From an uncultured Actinomycetes bacterium (GTDB lineage Bacteria > Actinomycetota > UBA4738 > JBBDTT01), in the NCBI GenBank assembly GCA_963742735.1, contig CAVUMN010000004.1, positions 1 to 64,000 on the forward strand: a DNA stretch of 64,000 nucleotides, in the 5' to 3' direction. The notes beneath the pieces are model-generated. The model saw only the letters and a program-made list of their open reading frames with translations. It searched no databases and was not told where the DNA came from. The translations under genes were made by a program, and so were the position numbers. This document shows positions 59,174 to 64,000 of the stretch, piece after piece; position 1 is the first letter of the stretch; every line of letters begins with the position of its first letter.

Positions 59174-60501
59174 GGGCCGGCCAGCGCGAACACCCGCCAC
59201 TCGCCGGGGACGCCCTTCAGCGCGTGCTCGCCGCGGTCCTCGAACTCCAGGCCGCCCCCGGCGACGAGGTCCTTCACGGTCGAGGACACGAACACCTCGC
59301 CGGCCCCGGCCAGACTCGCGATCCGGGCCCCGATGTGGACGGCGATCCCCTGGACGTCGTCGCCCGAGAGCTCGATCTCGCCGGTGTGCACCCCGGCCCG
59401 GATCTCCAGGCCGATCGTGCGAACGGACTCGCCGGCGGCGCGGGCGCACTCGACGGCGCGCCGCGGGGAGTCGAACGTCGCCAGGAAGCCGTCGCCGGCG
59501 GTGTGGACCTCGCGACCGCCGTACCGGTCGAGCGCGTCGCGGAGGAGCCGGTGATGTCCCTCCAGCAGCTCGCGCCAGTCGCGGTCGCCCAGCTCCGCCG
59601 CACGCTCCGTGGACCCGACGATGTCGGTGAACAGCACCGAGGACAGCACCCGGTCGTGCCGGGGGGGCGGGCGGGTCCCGGTCAGGAACGCCTGAACCTC
59701 GTCGGCGACCTCGTCGACGTCGGCCGAGATGATGGTCGTCCCGGTCCCCGAGAGCTCGACGAGTTTGCCGTCCGGCACCGCCGCCTCCAGCGCGCGGGCG
59801 TTGCGGATCGGCAGGATCGTGTGCGCGGTCTTGTGCAGGACCAGGACCGGCGCCTGGACCGAGGCGAGGCGATCGGTGACGTCCCACCCCATCGTCATCA
59901 TCATGAAGGCCTGGAAGGGGATGCCGCTCGCCGCGGCGCGGTTGTACCGGCGGAACCAGGCGCGGAACCCCGGATCGTCGAGGCGGTCGGGCGCCACGAT
60001 GGACAGGTGGGCGTCAAGATCGATGTCCTCGTTGGCCGCGGCCATCCGTTGGAGGACCTCGACGTCGACGCCGAGGTCGTCCGATTCGGAGCGCATGAAC
60101 CGCATCGGCGTCTCGTAGGCCACGACGGCGCGGATCCGCTCCGGATGCGTCGCCGCGAACGCGAGCGCGAGCATGCCCGCGTCGATGGTCCCCATCAACG
60201 CCGCGCGCTCCGAGCCGGCCGCGTCCATCACGATGCCGAAGTCCTCGACCTGGTCGTCGAAGATCGGGAGCCCCTCGAGAGGGTCGGACATGCCCATGCC
60301 CCGGCGGTCGAACCGGATGAGGCGGGCGAACGCCGAGAGCCGTTCGAAGAGGCGGCGGAACCGTTGGTCCTCCCACGCGATCTCCAGGTGGGCCACCGCG
60401 CCCTGCATGAGGACCAGGTCGACCTCACCCGCGCCGGTGACCTGGTAGGCGATGTGGACGCCGTCCGGGGCGAGCGCGTACTGGGTCTCCGGCGGTTGCA
60501 C
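59170..60501 (-). CDS. Alpha/beta-hydrolase-like domain + class III cyclase (LipJ/Rv1900c-like)
   Basis: HIAYQV, FDRRGMGMSD; LFTDIVGST, HTAGDGF, GVHTGE, GIAVHIGARI, LKGVPGEW. Confidence 0.92.
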   Translation of the reverse strand: MQPPETQYALAPDGVHIAYQVTGAGEVDLVLMQGAVAHLEIAWEDQRFRRLFERLSAFARLIRFDRRGMGMSDPLEGLPIFDDQVEDFGIVMDAAGSERAALMGTIDAGMLALAFAATHPERIRAVVAYETPMRFMRSESDDLGVDVEVLQRMAAANEDIDLDAHLSIVAPDRLDDPGFRAWFRRYNRAAASGIPFQAFMMMTMGWDVTDRLASVQAPVLVLHKTAHTILPIRNARALEAAVPDGKLVELSGTGTTIISADVDEVADEVQAFLTGTRPPPRHDRVLSSVLFTDIVGSTERAAELGDRDWRELLEGHHRLLRDALDRYGGREVHTAGDGFLATFDSPRRAVECARAAGESVRTIGLEIRAGVHTGEIELSGDDVQGIAVHIGARIASLAGAGEVFVSSTVKDLVAGGGLEFEDRGEHALKGVPGEWRVFALAGP

Positions 60502-60584
60502 GACGGGGGCAGGCTACCGCTCCCGCCGGATGGCCGGAACGCCGATGGGGCATAGGTGTCCTACGCTTGCTCCAGGAGGCATCC

Positions 60585-62225
60585 ATGGGCCAGAAGGCGT
60601 CGGACCTCTTCGTCGAGTGCCTCGAGGCCGAGGGCGTGCGTCAGGTCTTCGGCATCCCCGGCGAGGAGACGCTCGACCTGAGCGAATCAATGTCCCGGTC
60701 GTCGATCGAGTTCGTCCCCGTCCGCCACGAGCAGGGCGGCGGCTACATCGCCGACGTCTTCGGCCATCTCACCGGCCGCGCCGGCGTGTGCCTGGGAACG
60801 CTCGGCCCGGGAGCCACCAACCTGGTCACGGCGGTGGCCGACGCCTTCCTCGACCGGGCGCCGCTGGTGGTCCTCACCGGCCAGACGGGCCTGGAGCGCA
60901 TGCACAAGGGCTCGCACCAGTTGCTGGACGTCCTCGCCCTCCTGAAGCCGATCACGAAGTGGAACGCGCGGATCAGCGATCCCGCGACGATCCCGGAGGT
61001 CGTGCGCAAGGCCTTCAAGCTGGCCGAGGCTGAGCGGCCCGGTCCCACGCACATCGAGCTCCCCGAGGACGTGATGGGCGCGCCGGCGGAGGGCTCGCCG
61101 CTGCCCCGCACCCTCACCCCTCGAACGCAGCCACCCGAGGACGACATCGCCGCCGCGGCCGCCATCCTGGACGGCGCGACGCACCCGGTGGCTCTGGCCG
61201 GTAACGGCGCGGTCCGCGGGGGAGCGGCCGAGGCCCTGCGCGCCTTCTCCGAGACCACAGGCATCCCCGTGGCCGAGAGCTTCATGGGCAAGGGGCTCAT
61301 GCACCCGGACGACCCCCTGGCGCTGGGCGCCGTCGGCCTGCAGGCGGGCGACTACCGGCTCGCGGGGTTCGACCGCGCCGACGTCGTGGTGACCATCGGC
61401 TACGACCTGGTCGAGCACGACCCCCGCTTCTGGAACCCGGACGGCCGCAAGACGATCGTGGTGGTGGACACCGTCCCGGCCGAGATCGACGAGCACTTCC
61501 TCCCCAAGATCGAGCTGGTGGGCGACGTGGTCCACACGCTCGGCGCGCTCGCGGCGGCGAGCGGCAGCCGGTCGCGGGAGGGCGGGGATCCCGGGCTGCG
61601 CGACGTGATCCGGCGACGGATGGAACGCCTGGAGCACGAGCCCGCCTCGCCCATGCGGCCTCCGCGCGTCCTCAACGCGATCCGTGGAGCGCTTGGACCG
61701 GCCGACATCCTGGTCTCCGACGTCGGTCTCCACAAGCTCTGGATCGGCCGCCTGTACCCGGCGTACGAGCCGAACACCGTCCTCATCTCCAACGGGCTCG
61801 CCGGCATGGGCTTCGCGGTCCCCGGAGCGATCGGGGCCAAGCTCGCGCGACCCGACCGGCGGGTGGTCGCGGTGAGCGGAGACGGAGGCTTCCTCATGAA
61901 CGTCCAGGAGCTCGAGACGGCGAAGCGGCTCGGCACCCCGTTCGTCAACGTCGTCTGGGAGGACGGCACGTTCGGTTCGATCGCGTGGAAGCAGCGCAAG
62001 CGGTTCGGCGCCAGCTTCGGGATCGAGTTCGGCAATCCCGACTTCGTCAAGCTGGCGGAGTCCTTCGGCCTGCCCGCGTGGCGGTGCGAGACCATCGACG
62101 ACTTCGTGGACCGGCTGGACGAGGCGCTCGGCCTGGACGTCCCCTCGGTCGTCGTGGTGCCCATCGACTACACCCTGGACCTGGCCATCTTCGAGGAGCT
62201 CGGCGAGGAGATCGTCGCCACGTGA
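60585..62225 (+). CDS. ThDP-dependent enzyme, acetolactate-synthase-like (possible 2-oxoglutarate decarboxylase)
   Basis: FGIPGEE, RHEQ, TLGPGATN, SDVGLHKLWI, ISNGLAGMG, GDGGFLM; RBS AGGAGG. Confidence 0.9.
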   Translation: MGQKASDLFVECLEAEGVRQVFGIPGEETLDLSESMSRSSIEFVPVRHEQGGGYIADVFGHLTGRAGVCLGTLGPGATNLVTAVADAFLDRAPLVVLTGQTGLERMHKGSHQLLDVLALLKPITKWNARISDPATIPEVVRKAFKLAEAERPGPTHIELPEDVMGAPAEGSPLPRTLTPRTQPPEDDIAAAAAILDGATHPVALAGNGAVRGGAAEALRAFSETTGIPVAESFMGKGLMHPDDPLALGAVGLQAGDYRLAGFDRADVVVTIGYDLVEHDPRFWNPDGRKTIVVVDTVPAEIDEHFLPKIELVGDVVHTLGALAAASGSRSREGGDPGLRDVIRRRMERLEHEPASPMRPPRVLNAIRGALGPADILVSDVGLHKLWIGRLYPAYEPNTVLISNGLAGMGFAVPGAIGAKLARPDRRVVAVSGDGGFLMNVQELETAKRLGTPFVNVVWEDGTFGSIAWKQRKRFGASFGIEFGNPDFVKLAESFGLPAWRCETIDDFVDRLDEALGLDVPSVVVVPIDYTLDLAIFEELGEEIVAT

Positions 62226-63688
62226 TCACGCACGAGGACGAGCGCCGGGTCGTCGACGGGGTCCCCAAGCAGCTGCTGATCGGCGGGACGTGGCGGGACG
62301 CCGACGCCGGTGCGACGCTGGCCGTCGAGGACCCCTCCACCGGCGAGACGCTCTGCCAGGTCGCCGACGCCTCGCCCGCGGACGGCGCCGCGGCCCTGGA
62401 CGCGGCGGTGGCGGCCCAGCCGGGGTGGGCGGCGACGCCTCCCCGGGAGCGCGGCGAGATCCTGCGCGCCGCGTACGAGGAGATCACCAAGCGAGTGGAC
62501 GACCTCGCCGTGCTGATGACGCTCGAGATGGGCAAGCCCGTCGGCGAGTCGAAGGCCGAGGTGGCCTACGCGGCGGAGTTCCTTCGATGGTTCTCCGAGG
62601 AGGCCGTGCGCATCGACGGCCGCTACGCGACGGCCCCCGACGGGACGAGCCGGCTCCTGGTCATGCTCCAGCCGGTCGGGCCGTGCCTGCTCATCACCCC
62701 GTGGAACTTCCCGATGGCCATGGGCACGCGCAAGATCGGCCCGGCCATCGCCGCGGGCTGCACCATGGTGATCAAGCCGGCGGCGCAGACGCCGCTGTCG
62801 ATGCTCGCGCTGGCCGAGATCCTGAAGGGCTGCGGCCTCCCCCCCGGGGTCCTGAACCTGGTCACCACGTCGTCCTCCGGCGAGGTGATGGAGCCGCTCA
62901 TCACGGACGGGCGAGCCCGCAAGCTCTCGTTCACCGGCTCGACCGAGGTCGGCCGAAAGCTCATGGCCCAGGCGGCCGACCAGGTCCTGCGCATCTCGCT
63001 CGAACTGGGGGGCAACGCGCCGTTCCTGATCTTCGACGACGCAGACCTGGACGCCGCGGTCGAGGGCGCCCTGATCGCGAAGATGCGCAACATCGGCGAA
63101 GCGTGCACGGCGGCGAACCGCTTCCACGTGGCCGAGGGCGTCGCCGGCGAGTTCGCCGAGCGGCTGGGAAGCCGCATGGGCGCCATGAAGCTCGGGCGCG
63201 GGACCGAGGACGGCGTCCAGGTCGGCCCCCTCATCGACGCCACCGCGCGCGAGAAGGTCTCGGACCTGGTCGCCGACGCGCTCGCGAAGGGCGCCCGGGC
63301 CGTGGTGGGCGCCGAGCCCCCCGGCGGGCGCGGCTACTTCTATCCGCCGACGGTCCTCGCCGAGGTGCCGCCGGATGCACGCATGCTGAAGGAGGAGATC
63401 TTCGGGCCGGTCGCGCCGGTGACCACGTTCGCGTCCGAGGAGGCCGCCGTGGCGGCGGCCAACGACACGGAGTTCGGCCTGGTCGCCTACGTCTTCACCC
63501 GCGACATCAAGCGCGCGTTCCGCGTGGTCGAGGGCCTGAAGTTCGGAATGGTCGGCCTCAACCAGGGGCTGGTGTCGAACCCGGCCGCCCCGTTCGGGGG
63601 CGTGAAGCTCTCGGGCATCGGCCGCGAGGGCGGCCGCGAGGGGATCCTGGAGTACCTCGACGTGAAGTACGTCGCGATGAACGTCTGA
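62222..63688 (+). CDS. gabD: NAD(P)-dependent succinate-semialdehyde dehydrogenase
   Basis: TPWNFP, FTGST, LELGGNAP, KMRNIGEAC, EEIFGP, PFGGVK; GTGA overlap. Confidence 0.85.
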   Translation: MITHEDERRVVDGVPKQLLIGGTWRDADAGATLAVEDPSTGETLCQVADASPADGAAALDAAVAAQPGWAATPPRERGEILRAAYEEITKRVDDLAVLMTLEMGKPVGESKAEVAYAAEFLRWFSEEAVRIDGRYATAPDGTSRLLVMLQPVGPCLLITPWNFPMAMGTRKIGPAIAAGCTMVIKPAAQTPLSMLALAEILKGCGLPPGVLNLVTTSSSGEVMEPLITDGRARKLSFTGSTEVGRKLMAQAADQVLRISLELGGNAPFLIFDDADLDAAVEGALIAKMRNIGEACTAANRFHVAEGVAGEFAERLGSRMGAMKLGRGTEDGVQVGPLIDATAREKVSDLVADALAKGARAVVGAEPPGGRGYFYPPTVLAEVPPDARMLKEEIFGPVAPVTTFASEEAAVAAANDTEFGLVAYVFTRDIKRAFRVVEGLKFGMVGLNQGLVSNPAAPFGGVKLSGIGREGGREGILEYLDVKYVAMNV

Positions 63689-63706
63689 TCCGGTCCGGGG
63701 CGTGGG

Positions 63707-64000
63707 TCAGACGGCGCGCTGCTGCGTTGCCGTCGTGCGGACGAACGTGGCCGTCACGCCGGTCGTCCCCGAGACGGTGAGGGTGCACGACGTGGCCGTG
63801 CCGCAGCTCGCCGCGGCGCCGCCCCACTGGGAGAACACCCAGCCGGTCACGTTGATGATGTTGAGGGTGACGCTCGTCGGCGAGGGATAGTTCTCGGTGC
63901 AGTCGGCGCCGCACCGGATCAGCAGGTCGGTGGATCGCACGGTGCCGTTCCCGGTCTTGGTGACGGTCAGCACGTTGCCTGACGAGGACTGCACAGTGTA
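63707..64000 (-). CDS. C-terminal fragment of a protein with a divergent InlB B-repeat domain (5' part outside window)
   Basis: LTVTKTGNGTVRS..CGADC..VTL..FSQWGG..C..VTATF. Confidence 0.75.
   Translation of the reverse strand, partial: YTVQSSSGNVLTVTKTGNGTVRSTDLLIRCGADCTENYPSPTSVTLNIINVTGWVFSQWGGAAASCGTATSCTLTVSGTTGVTATFVRTTATQQRAV

Overview
A 64-kb, very GC-rich actinobacterial chromosomal segment. Gene content and style up to ~55 kb resemble Thermoleophilia/Solirubrobacterales, which is an inference. Scattered single-base frameshifts in otherwise intact genes look like long-read indel errors. Contents, in order: (1) 0-22 kb is a block of secreted/surface proteins: a beta-helix protein, a Pro/Val/Asp-repeat protein, a membrane protein fusing a peptidoglycan-binding domain to a catalytically dead serine-resolvase domain, an S8 peptidase, a secreted alpha/beta-fold protein, a DUF3494 ice-binding-type protein plus L,D-transpeptidase behind a c-di-GMP-I riboswitch, and a giant Ig-repeat metallophosphoesterase; (2) an AlkZ-like glycosylase, EamA, a DrrAB-type ABC exporter, and MocR and MarR regulators; (3) a form-II-like coxSLM-D-E-mocA-G molybdoenzyme cluster; (4) an amidase and a glycan-biosynthesis cluster; (5) a STAND class III cyclase followed by a ~320-nt highly structured, two-fold symmetric intergenic element; (6) after a suspicious junction near 55.0 kb: ACT protein/def, thiolase, FMO, a LipJ-type cyclase, and a ThDP-enzyme/SSADH pair. 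The best candidates for undescribed biology are the 'ERPG-stop' leader protein with RBS-occluding hairpins upstream of the PG-binding/dead-resolvase gene, the dyad-symmetric structured element at 53.5-53.8 kb, and the riboswitch-controlled DUF3494/LDT pair. No rRNA, tRNA, CRISPR array or transposase was seen.
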